Part shown: in pieces, positions 1-8,071 of the stretch
How positions within the stretch are numbered: the stretch's first letter is position 1
Layout: each line of letters begins with the position of its first letter
Assembly: GCA_965205655.1 (NCBI GenBank)
Contig: CBDBIJ010000103.1
Location: 1 to 41,052 of the forward strand
Length of the DNA: 41,052 nucleotides
From: Candidatus Latescibacterota bacterium
GTDB taxonomy: Bacteria; Latescibacterota; UBA2968; UBA8231
Reading direction: 5' to 3'
Notes under the pieces: generated by a model
What the model saw: the letters and a program-made list of their open reading frames with translations, nothing else
Database searches by the model: none
Told to the model about the DNA's origin: nothing
Position numbers and translations under genes: made by a program

Positions 1-6
1 AAACAT

Positions 7-42
7 ATAGATTAAAAGCTGAAGATAGATTAAAAGCTGAAG
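7..42. repeat. 18-bp tandem duplication ATAGATTAAAAGCTGAAG x2
   Basis: Exact copies at 7-24 and 25-42; AT-rich relative to the window. Confidence 0.9.
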
Positions 43-67
43 ACCACATGACTTGAAGACCGGAGCG

Positions 68-889
68 ATGACGCCGACCGAAGGCACTAAGGCAATCTCA
101 CAGTGGAAGCTGGAGCGCTACCTGCTCGAGGAGCTGCCGCGGCACGAGATGGAGCAGATTCGCGAGGCTCTGGAGCAGGATGCGTCGCTGAGCGAGCGTC
201 TCGAGGCATTGCGGATGTCGAACGACGATGTCCTCGAGAAGTACCCGGCCGCCTGGATGGCGCGCCGCATCGAGCAACGGGCTCACACCGCTCAGGCAGC
301 TCGGGGAAAGCGCGGGTGGCTGGCGCAACTGTGGCCGGCGCCGGCGGCGCTGGCGGTAGCGGTGGCGGCGATTGTGCCCTTGCTCGATCCACAGGAACGG
401 GCGGAGGAGGTAGTTGATGGGCCCAGCCTCATCCGCGCGAAGGGCCTCGAGCCTCACCTCATAATGCACAGAAAGACCGAGTCCGGAGCCGAGCTTCTGG
501 AAAGCGCCGCGGCGGTGGAAAAGGGCGATCTGATTCAGATCCAGTACGTCGCCGCCGGACGCGGTTACGGCGCCATCGTATCGATCGATGGGAGAGGGAG
601 GGTGACGACGCATCTTCCCGCTACTGGAGGCGAGGCTGTTGCGCTGACGAAGACGGGCGCCGTGTCGCTGCCCTTCGCCCTCGAGCTCGACGATGCGCCG
701 CGCCGGGAGCGATTCTACTTCGTGACGTCGAGAGCGCCCTTTTCGATGAGCACGGTGATCGCCGCGGCGCAAAGGCTGGTGAGTGCGGAGGTGGAGGGCA
801 GTGGGGGAAGTGATTCGCTGAGCGTGCCCACACTACTGGAACAGTCGGTGTTCGTACTGACCAAAAACCGGAGGGTGAGCGAGCGATGA
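68..889 (+). CDS. ActD-like putative anti-sigma protein (N-terminal helical domain, TM segment, DUF4384-like C-terminal domain)
   Basis: N-terminal 'WKLERYLLEEL' anti-sigma-like helix, hydrophobic APAALAVAVAAIVP segment, 'RAKG' linker, 'GDLIQIQY...SIDGRG...LDDAP..ERF' C-terminal domain; stop overlaps the next ATG (ATGA); ATG at 68 preferred over TTG at 53. Confidence 0.6.
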   Translation: MTPTEGTKAISQWKLERYLLEELPRHEMEQIREALEQDASLSERLEALRMSNDDVLEKYPAAWMARRIEQRAHTAQAARGKRGWLAQLWPAPAALAVAVAAIVPLLDPQERAEEVVDGPSLIRAKGLEPHLIMHRKTESGAELLESAAAVEKGDLIQIQYVAAGRGYGAIVSIDGRGRVTTHLPATGGEAVALTKTGAVSLPFALELDDAPRRERFYFVTSRAPFSMSTVIAAAQRLVSAEVEGSGGSDSLSVPTLLEQSVFVLTKNRRVSER

Positions 890-2628
890 CGGGAAGACGG
901 CTTCTCGTCGCGGTCGCGGCAATCCTTCTGAGCGGCATCGAAGGCACAACGGCAGCAGAGGAGCTGCACCGCTTTGTGCTCTCGGCCGGAGCCAACTGGG
1001 GTGGCGCCGATCGCGTGAAGCTGCGCTACGCCGTTTCCGATGCTCAAAGGTTCGCCGAGGTGATGGTGCGAATGGGCGGAGTGGAGGAGGACCGGCGGGA
1101 GCTCCTCGACGAGCCGGACCTGCAGCAGTTCCGCGACGCCATGGAGCAACTGGGCACGCAGGTGGCGATGTCGAGCGGCGGTAGAGTTGAGGTCGTCATC
1201 TACTACTCGGGACACGCTGACGAAAACGGACTGCTGCTCGGGGAAGATCGGTTGAGCTACCGAGAGCTGAGGCGGTTGATGGATGCCATCGACGCCGACG
1301 TGCGAATCGCCGTTCTGGACGCCTGCGCCTCAGGCGCCATCACGAGAATCAAGGGCGGACAGCGCCGCGAGGCGTTTCTCGTCGATGTTTCGTCAGACAC
1401 GCGAGGGTATGCCTTCCTGACATCGAGCTCGGCTTAGGAGACGGCGCAGGAATCGGACCGTCTGCAAGCGTCCTTCTTCACTCACTACCTCATCTCGGGC
1501 ATGCTCGGCGCGGCGGATGTCTCGAAGGACGGCAAGGTGACCTTGAGCGAGGCGTATCAGTTCGCCTTTCACGAGACACTGGCGCGCACGGTCGACACCC
1601 AGGGCGGAGCCCAGCATGCGGCATACGATATCAATCTGTCGGGCACGGGTGACGTGGTGCTGACGGACGTGCGCGAAACATCGGCGGCATTGCTGCTCGA
1701 CGAGCACCTGGCAGGGCGTCTCTACGTGCGCAACAGCGAACACGACCTGGTCGCCGAGCTGTTCAAGCCGGAGGGCCGCACAATGGAGCTCGGTCTGGAG
1801 CCCGGGCGCTACGACATTCATCTCGAACGCGAGGAGGAGCTGCTGCTGGCCAGCGCCGAACTGACGGATGGATCGCAGGTCACCGTCAGGTCGGATCAGT
1901 TCGAGCCGGTGCCGAGGCAGCCGACGGCCCTGCGCGGTGGTGGATTTCCGCCACTCGGGCAAACGGGCCTCGGGGGACTGGAGCGCCGATCGCGAATCGA
2001 GATTCACATCGGCAGAGTCGGGCCGCGGCCGCGGGATCCCTCATTGCGGCAGCTGGAAGCGGCAGGAGCGCCGGAGGCGACGGAAGCGGATGCGGCCTTC
2101 GATCGCATCGAAGCTGTGGCCCTGCCGACTGATGTGGAGCCATGGAGTCTTCTGGCGGGGCTCACGTTCGGCTACTGGATACGTGAGGACGTGGCGCTCA
2201 CACTCGGCTTTTCAGCCTTGGAGAGTAGCGTCAGCAACATCACGGGGCCGGATGCAGTAGACAATGCGCTCAGCACCGAGGATATAAGCTTGAAGTCAGT
2301 CATGCTCGGCGCGAGTCGCTACTTCAGTGTGCCGGCACTTCCTCCATCAGTGCGGGTGCACGCCGCGGCCGCAATAGGGACGTTCATGGGCACAGTCGAG
2401 GGCAGGACTGTCGGGGGAAACGAGCTCACCTGGAAGGAGACGACGCGATCTTACGGCGGGCAGCTTGGGGCGGGCATCGACGTGCAGTTGAACCGCCATT
2501 TCATGCTCGGCGCCAGGGGGGGTTACAACATCATGGCGGATTTCGATAAGGCGCTGGGCGGCCGCAGCAACTACGGCGGCCCAGAGTTCAACTTGAGTGT
2601 GAGCTGGCTACTGGGGTCGGGATCATAG
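886..2628 (+). CDS. Secreted caspase-family (peptidase C14) protein with C-terminal outer-membrane beta-barrel-like domain; one in-frame TAG at 1435-1437
   Basis: Signal-peptide-like N-terminus; YYSGH and VLDAC catalytic dyad; after the TAG the same frame continues as ETAQESD...SFFTHYLISGMLGAAD; ORFs 886 and 1501 share a frame; C-terminus has amphipathic strands ending FNLSVSWLL. Confidence 0.8.
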
Positions 2629-2633
2629 GAGCC

Positions 2634-3956
2634 TCAACGGGCTCCCAGATGACATCTGCACTGCGGTCGGGTCGAGTGAACGCCGATTCGGTCGGTCCTG
2701 GCGCGACTGTCGTACTCCCAAATCCCTTCGGGCACGTTACCAGCCAGCAGCTCGCGGACCGACCACGCCATCAGTGCGCCCGTGATGGCGTTGCTGGTGA
2801 CGACGGATGTCTCCACGTGCACGGTGCAGCTGATCGTGTGGGTCTCCTGGATGGCGAGCCGGTCGATGTCCGTAAGGCACGATAGGCAGCTGGTGTGCCC
2901 CGGCACATAGGTCGCGGAGGAGCCGCCCATGGCTGAGGTGCCTCCCGATATGAGGATCGCCCTCCTGCTACCGGCGACGCCGTTGAGAAAGGCCCGCACG
3001 GCGAAGTTGTCGGGGCAGGCGGCCAGCAAGGCCCGGCCCGGTACGTGCTCGACAGTGCCTTCGTCTACTCTCATGCCGTAGCCGTTGATGGCGATGCTCG
3101 GAAACAGGGCCTTGAGCCTGGAGGCGAGAGCTATCGCCTTCGATTTTCCGACCGAGTCGAAGAACAGAACCTGCCGATTCAGATTCGTTTTCTCCACGGT
3201 GTCATCATCGTAGATGTGCACCGGCAGGCGAATTCCCAGCATACCAGTCGCCAGTCCGAACCACGTGCCCAGGGCGCCGGCGCCGATGACAGCGAGGCCG
3301 TCACAATGAGGCCGGAACGGGCGTTTGTGCTCGGGCTCGCAGACTCCCGGGAGCCGGGAGAGGGCGATGAGATGACGCTCGGTTGTGCGTCCGGCTTCGT
3401 TCGACAGCGGCAGCACGACCTTGCGGATTTCGTCGACGAGCAGGCCGGCGATGATCTGGCTCATCAGCGGCCACTCCTCGTGCTGGCAGACTCGCAGCGT
3501 CAACGGATCTGTCGCCGGGACTCCCCAGAATCCGACTGCACCGGCAGCGCCACCGGCGACGACCGGAAAGCTCGTCTCCCGCGCCAGCTCGCGAGCCAGC
3601 AGCAGATTGTCGACGTCGTTGCCGGCCACGATGACGCCGCCGAGGTTGGGCAGTTTGCCGATCAACGCGGCTGACACCCGCCTTTGCAACGGGTAGATCT
3701 TTACTTCGGGATTGACGCGGCGCAGGAGCGAGGCCCAGGCTTTGTTGGAGGAGCGAAGCAATACGTCGAGGCTGTTGATGCCACTCTCGCGCCGCTGCGC
3801 ACAGCCGAAAAGCGCTACGTTGCCGAATCCCATGGCGGTAGCCATGAGAGCGGCCAGAAAGGCGGTGGGGCCGGAGCCGACGACCGCGAGGGTCGCTTCC
3901 GTCAGCCGGCTCTGATCCCAGCCGTCGATCGCCTGTTGTCGGGCGTAGCGCTCCAC
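2634..3956 (-). CDS. Tandem ThiF/E1-like ubiquitin-activating enzyme (degenerate N-terminal plus intact C-terminal adenylation domain)
   Basis: Domain 1: ERYARQ..I.GWDQSRL..ATLAVVGSGPTA. Domain 2: VIGAGALG, DDDTVEKTNLNRQ, VGKSKA, CPDN..R, CLSC...CRCH Zn ligands, candidate catalytic Cys in TISCT, SVVTSNAITG. Confidence 0.9.
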   Translation of the reverse strand: MERYARQQAIDGWDQSRLTEATLAVVGSGPTAFLAALMATAMGFGNVALFGCAQRRESGINSLDVLLRSSNKAWASLLRRVNPEVKIYPLQRRVSAALIGKLPNLGGVIVAGNDVDNLLLARELARETSFPVVAGGAAGAVGFWGVPATDPLTLRVCQHEEWPLMSQIIAGLLVDEIRKVVLPLSNEAGRTTERHLIALSRLPGVCEPEHKRPFRPHCDGLAVIGAGALGTWFGLATGMLGIRLPVHIYDDDTVEKTNLNRQVLFFDSVGKSKAIALASRLKALFPSIAINGYGMRVDEGTVEHVPGRALLAACPDNFAVRAFLNGVAGSRRAILISGGTSAMGGSSATYVPGHTSCLSCLTDIDRLAIQETHTISCTVHVETSVVTSNAITGALMAWSVRELLAGNVPEGIWEYDSRARTDRIGVHSTRPQCRCHLGAR

Positions 3957-3968
3957 AGTCGCCGCCTC

Positions 3969-5239
3969 TCACGCAAACATCGACATCACTTTGGAACGGA
4001 TGCCGCGTCGCGGGCGATCGTACCAGTACACGGGCAGACTGCGCTTGCGCGCTTCGTTGAGGCTGATCGTACGTCGCCCTGTCGCCTGGATGGGGTGCAG
4101 GACGGCGTTTGACGGTTGATATCCGGCACACAATGTCAGCCGGCCGGACTCCAGGTGACGGAGGAGGGCCTCCTCGAGGGGGAGGCGGTAGAGCTCATTG
4201 AAATAAGGGAGGCCGCGCGGCATGCAGACGAAGTGGCCGTTACCCATGAAGCTGACGAACATGTGGCGATAGGCGTGCAGCACTTGCACCGCCTGCGAGG
4301 TGATGACCTGCCGTACATCAATAGAAGTAATGGCGATACCGATCTCAGCGCCGTCGAAGTGGTAGAGTTTGCGGTCGACGCCCTCGATGACATAGGGGGG
4401 CAGCCGGTAGCTCAGGAAGTGCCGACCGCCCGGAGTGCGGATGACGCTGTAGCGGTCGTCGTGGTAGAGATCGCAGTGCTCGCGGCTGCCGATCTGGTGG
4501 GAAGGGAGGGCAGCGCAGACGGCGTCCCTCAACAGCGAATCGTAGCGCCCGACCGCCGCCCGCGTCGATTCGGTACGCAAGCCGATGAACTGCTGATCTT
4601 GAAGCCTAAAGACGAAGCTGCCGCGCCCGCTCGAGCCGAAGAAGGGAACGAGTTGATACCAGCGTTCAGCGATGAACGCGAAGCGGTCGTCCAACTCGGG
4701 CACGAGCGACGGCTCGAGTGCCGCAGCGGCGGGAGGTCGCTTTCTTTCAGGTCGCTGATGTCGCAAGTCCTTCAGAAATGGAATGAGCCTGTCGTAAACG
4801 AAGGCGTCGACGCGGTCCGCGATGATGGCGGAGGGTGTTAGACCCGGTCTGTCGAGCTCGGCATAGGCACTTCCCGCCGAAGCGGCGGCCCAGTGCCTCA
4901 GGCTCGGCTGGCGCAGGCGGACGGCGCGCGCCAGCAAGCTGCCGAGCGTTCCGACGAAGTGGACGTAGCCGCTGAAGGTGTCGAACTCGACAGACCGATC
5001 TTCGGGTGCGTGACTTTCGGAAACGACGAGGCCGACGCGTCCATCGACGACGACAACATTCCGATGGCGTTGCAAGCCGAGGACGGAGGCGACGCTGAGG
5101 GGGAAGGGAATCGATCGGATTTGCTGGTCATGGTGCAGGCAGCGCGGTTCGGGTGGGGGGCGGTAGTGGCGCGGAGTCGGCCGGCAGGCGCATGGGAAGC
5201 GCTCCAGAGGCGACCGCCGGGTCGAGCGCCGCTGTCATG
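3969..5239 (-). CDS. Uncharacterised protein with C-terminal E2/UBC-like motif; probable frameshift in the G run at 5155-5160
   Basis: The 368-aa ORF frame stays open upstream to about 5235; removing one base of the G6 run joins it to ATG 5239 (or ATG 5373); YRHMFVSFMGNGHFVCM at 4221-4272 resembles the UBC HPNV...GxICL signature; lies between the Ubl and E1 genes. Confidence 0.6.
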
Positions 5240-5376
5240 ACGCCGCCATGCTGGCGGTAGACGCCCATGCGGGAATACAAATCTCCTCGCCGTACCCGCT
5301 GTGGGCGCCGGACGAGGTCTTCCCGGGTGCGGCGCTCCCTGTGGATGCGACGAACCGTGGCCCCACCGTTCATTCG

Positions 5377-5669
5377 TCAGCCACCGACGTGAGGCTGACT
5401 CACCGTGATCTCGACGTTTTCACCTTCGGGAGGCATCAACTCCCTCAGCGGCATGTCGGGCGTTGCCGTCTGCACACTCTTTCCGGATCTGACCTCTATG
5501 GTGGACTGCGGATCCCTCATGGCCTGGCGGATTTGACTCGAGACCTGGGCGTCTTCGGACTCGTCGAGCAGGTATTCGATCTGTTGGCCCACCGTGGTTC
5601 GAAGCTCCGTCGGCTCGACCTCCGTCTCCGTCGCTTTCTGGATGCCGTAACGCAAGGTGTCTGGAACAT
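5377..5669 (-). CDS. Ubiquitin-like (beta-grasp) small protein with C-terminal diglycine, about 97 aa; probable 1-nt deletion near the start
   Basis: Ends ...VEITVSQPHVGG-stop; GAGGAGGA Shine-Dalgarno (5677-5684) lies 7 nt before ATG 5669, which is 14 nt from the in-frame TTG 5655; restoring one base gives MFQ(x)TLRYG; first gene of the operon containing the E1. Confidence 0.75.
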
Positions 5670-5725
5670 GGTGATTTCCTCCTCGTGGGGGGGTAATTAG
5701 GCGAATAGCTGATTATTCGCGGCAC

Positions 5726-5754
5726 AGGGTAACATATCTATTGACATAAGTCAA
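5726..5754 (-). promoter_or_regulatory. sigma70-type promoter for the Ubl-E2-E1 operon
   Basis: Minus strand TTGACT(5754-5749)-N17-TACCCT(5731-5726) with an extended -10 TG. Confidence 0.55.
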
Positions 5755-5770
5755 CCGAAAACGTTACAAT
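5741..5770 (+). promoter_or_regulatory. sigma70-type promoter overlapping palindrome TTGAC-N4-GTCAA
   Basis: TTGACA(5741-5746)-N18-TACAAT(5765-5770). Confidence 0.55.
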
Positions 5771-5784
5771 TGTGGCTAATTCTG

Positions 5785-5813
5785 TTGACTCGCCTCGCGG
5801 CGGCGGGTATCTT
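5785..5813 (+). promoter_or_regulatory. Second sigma70-type promoter upstream of the HTH gene
   Basis: TTGACT(5785-5790)-N17-TATCTT(5808-5813), followed by AAGGAGG at 5824-5830. Confidence 0.55.
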
Positions 5814-5847
5814 CAAGCCTTACAAGGAGGAACGAACCGAGCCATTG

Positions 5848-6396
5848 ATGACGTTCAAACTGAAGGAACAGCTCGACCGTCCAGGGGCGCCGACTCAGGC
5901 GGAGCTGGCGCGCAGAATCGGCGTGCCGCGACAGCAGATCAACCGGCTCGTCAACGGTGATATCGAGCGCATCGACCTGAAAACACTGGATCGAATCTAC
6001 CGGGCGTTAGGTTGCAGAAGTGTCGAAGAATTAATCGGTTATGAGCCAGAGGAGCCGGATCCCTCATCCTTTCGGGAGCGCTTTGTGGCGCAGCTGATAT
6101 CACTGACGCTCTCCCCGGTCCAGCGCGACAGCCGAGAGATCTTCACCGATCCAGCGGTGAGAAAGGCGGCGGAGGATTTCTTCGACCAGCATATCGCCAA
6201 GGACCTCGAAAGTGGGAGTATTCTGGCCAGCCTCCACGCCCGGCTCATGCAGGGGATGCGTGACTTCGTGACCAAGTTCGGCGCCAAGTCGGTCGGCAGG
6301 TCCACGAGGGTAGAGGACCTTCCGAGCGCCCAGGCCGAGGAGATCGAGCGCCTCGTCAGAGAGATCCCACTCGAGGGAATGGACCAGCGAGGCTGA
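5848..6396 (+). CDS. XRE/Cro-C1 family helix-turn-helix regulator with unknown C-terminal domain
   Basis: TQAELARRIGVPRQQINRLVNGDIERIDLKTLDRIYRALGC..EELI; start at ATG 5848 or TTG 5845 downstream of the SD. Confidence 0.85.
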   Translation: MTFKLKEQLDRPGAPTQAELARRIGVPRQQINRLVNGDIERIDLKTLDRIYRALGCRSVEELIGYEPEEPDPSSFRERFVAQLISLTLSPVQRDSREIFTDPAVRKAAEDFFDQHIAKDLESGSILASLHARLMQGMRDFVTKFGAKSVGRSTRVEDLPSAQAEEIERLVREIPLEGMDQRG

Positions 6397-6707
6397 CCGG
6401 ATCCATGTCTTTCACTCCTCCCAACAACGCTCGCGCCCTTTCTCTTGCCCTGTTCTTTACCTGGCTTTACATCGCCTGTGTCTTGTGGTGGCATGTCGCC
6501 TCGCGCGAGCAGCTCGACGTGCTTTCTCTGGTGGGCGGCAGCATGAGCGTGGGAATTCTCGTCTACGGCGCCTCCGTCATTCACCGGATGTTCCTGGCAA
6601 ACCTGCTCCCCTTCGGCTATAACCTCTTCGGCACAATCTGGGGAATACCGGTAGCCCTCGTGTGGATTCTGCACATCCTGGCCGGTGTGATCGTCGTGGT
6701 ATCGCTA

Positions 6708-7863
6708 GTGCTCTGTTAAAGAGTCGGCATTGAGTTTTGGACTTTGGTCAGCTTGGAGTTGTCCGTGTTCTTGTTTCGCCATCTCAGGTACTCCTGGATG
6801 CGCTGGCCGACTTCTCGATGATCGTTGGGATCGCTGTTTTTGATGACGAAATAATGGGCTGCCGTGAGGTGACATTCGAGCCGATTCATCCATGACGCGT
6901 TGGTGGCGGTGAAGACCGGCGAGACCTGGTTTCGTCTGCACCACTGCAGGATCGGCGGTGTCTTGTGCGTCGACAGATTGTCCATGACGACGTAGATCCG
7001 TTTCGCCTTGGGATAGCGCAGCCGAATGGCCTTGAGAAAATCGAGTACGATCGATGCGTGCTTCTTTGGTTTGTGATGCATCCACAGGATGTCCTCATGG
7101 ACGTTATAGGCTCCGAAGAAATAGCTGACGCCGCCGTGGCGGCTGTAGGTTGCCCGATGCCGGACCGGGCGCTTCTGCGGGGCCCAGGAAGCGCCGGCAT
7201 GCGGCTTGATCTGGACCGGTCCCAGTTCGTCGAAGCAGACTACGACCGTGCCTTTCGGCGCCCGCTTGTAGAGTCGGTTGATGCGTTTTTTTTAGAGGCA
7301 AACTCCGGGTCCTTGGATTCCTTCCAGGTGCGCGTCCGTTGATAGGTCACCTTATGCTGATCCAGGATTTTCCCGATGGTCACATGCGAGACCTCAGGAA
7401 TCATCTGCCGTCCCACCAGGCAGTCGGTCAGCTTGCGCAACGACCACTGATTGAACGGCTGACCGAACGCACGGGGAGGCATCTTGGCGATTTCCACCAC
7501 CACGGATTCGTCTTCCGGCGTCAATTTCGAAGGACGCCCCGGACGTGCCCGCGTGCGCAACGCCGTCAATCCCCCTTCGTTGTATTGGCGAATCAACTGG
7601 CGAACGTACTCCTCGTGCAGATGCAGCGTATCCGAAATCTCTTGGACCCGCATTCCCTGGACGCTGAACGAGATCAACTGCCCACGGCGCATCTGCACGG
7701 CGCTGCGAGGCCGCTTCAGCCATCGCACCAGTTCCTTCGACTCCGCCACGTTCGGTGAACGAGCATGAAGACACATAGCTTGACCCTCCTGAAGAATTCG
7801 CCATATATCTCCATGATACCACGACTTACGACAAAGTACAAGCTCCATTTCTTAACGGAGAAC
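6708..7863 (-). mobile_element. IS630-family insertion sequence (1156 bp)
   Basis: TA duplication at 6706-6707 and 7864-7865 within CTAG; imperfect terminal inverted repeats GTGCTCTGTTAA / GTTCTCCGTTAA; encloses a transposase. Confidence 0.92.
6716..7776 (-). CDS. IS630 transposase, OrfA (HTH) plus OrfB (DDE) joined by a -1 shift at A8 (7286-7293)
   Basis: SD AGGAGG then ATG 7776; RPGRP and WSLRKL in OrfA; CFDE, VMDNLSTHK and SWMNRLE DDE motifs in OrfB. Confidence 0.9.
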
Positions 7864-8038
7864 TAGCGGTCATCGTCTGGGCCTGGTTTCACGCCCATCG
7901 GGAGAAGTTCAACCTCGAGACCGGTCTGCCATTGGCACTCGTCCTGGCGACTCCGATTGTCACCTACGAACTCATCCGCGTTGTGTTCGGCGTCGATGTC
8001 TTTGCCGACTTCGTGGGCGCTTTCATCACCTCCCTGTA

Positions 8039-8054
8039 ACACACACACACACAC
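8039..8054. repeat. (AC)8 dinucleotide microsatellite
   Basis: ACACACACACACACAC between the stop at 8039 and the SD of the next gene. Confidence 0.9.
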
Positions 8055-8071
8055 CCATCGGAGAATCAGTT

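Larger units (their letters stand above)
6405..8039 (+). pseudogene. Multi-pass membrane protein (158 aa reconstructed) interrupted by IS630
   Basis: Joining 6405-6707 to 7866-8039 restores the frame ...VVSL|AVIVWAWFHAHREKFNLETGLPLALVLATPIV...FITSL-stop. Confidence 0.85.

Noticed and set aside
7..42. CRISPR array
   Set aside because: Only two adjacent copies with no spacer and no cas genes. The same applies to the 21-bp repeat at 25197-25238.
1435..1437. Amber recoding (pyrrolysine or alternative genetic code)
   Set aside because: TAG ends several genes normally here (2628, 8734, 12514, 33682, 40379), and no pyl genes are visible.
5128..5373. Separate 81-aa gene or second GG-ending Ubl (…RQHGG)
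   Set aside because: The GG is internal and not followed by a stop. The ORF is better explained as the frameshifted 5' part of the E2-like gene.
2634..5669. ThiF/MoeB plus ThiS/MoaD cofactor biosynthesis, or a RiPP/MccB-type cluster
   Set aside because: No thiamine, molybdopterin, sulfur-transfer, YcaO or transporter genes are adjacent. The E1 is a tandem pseudo-dimer and an E2-like Cys protein lies between the two genes. Disfavoured but not formally excluded.
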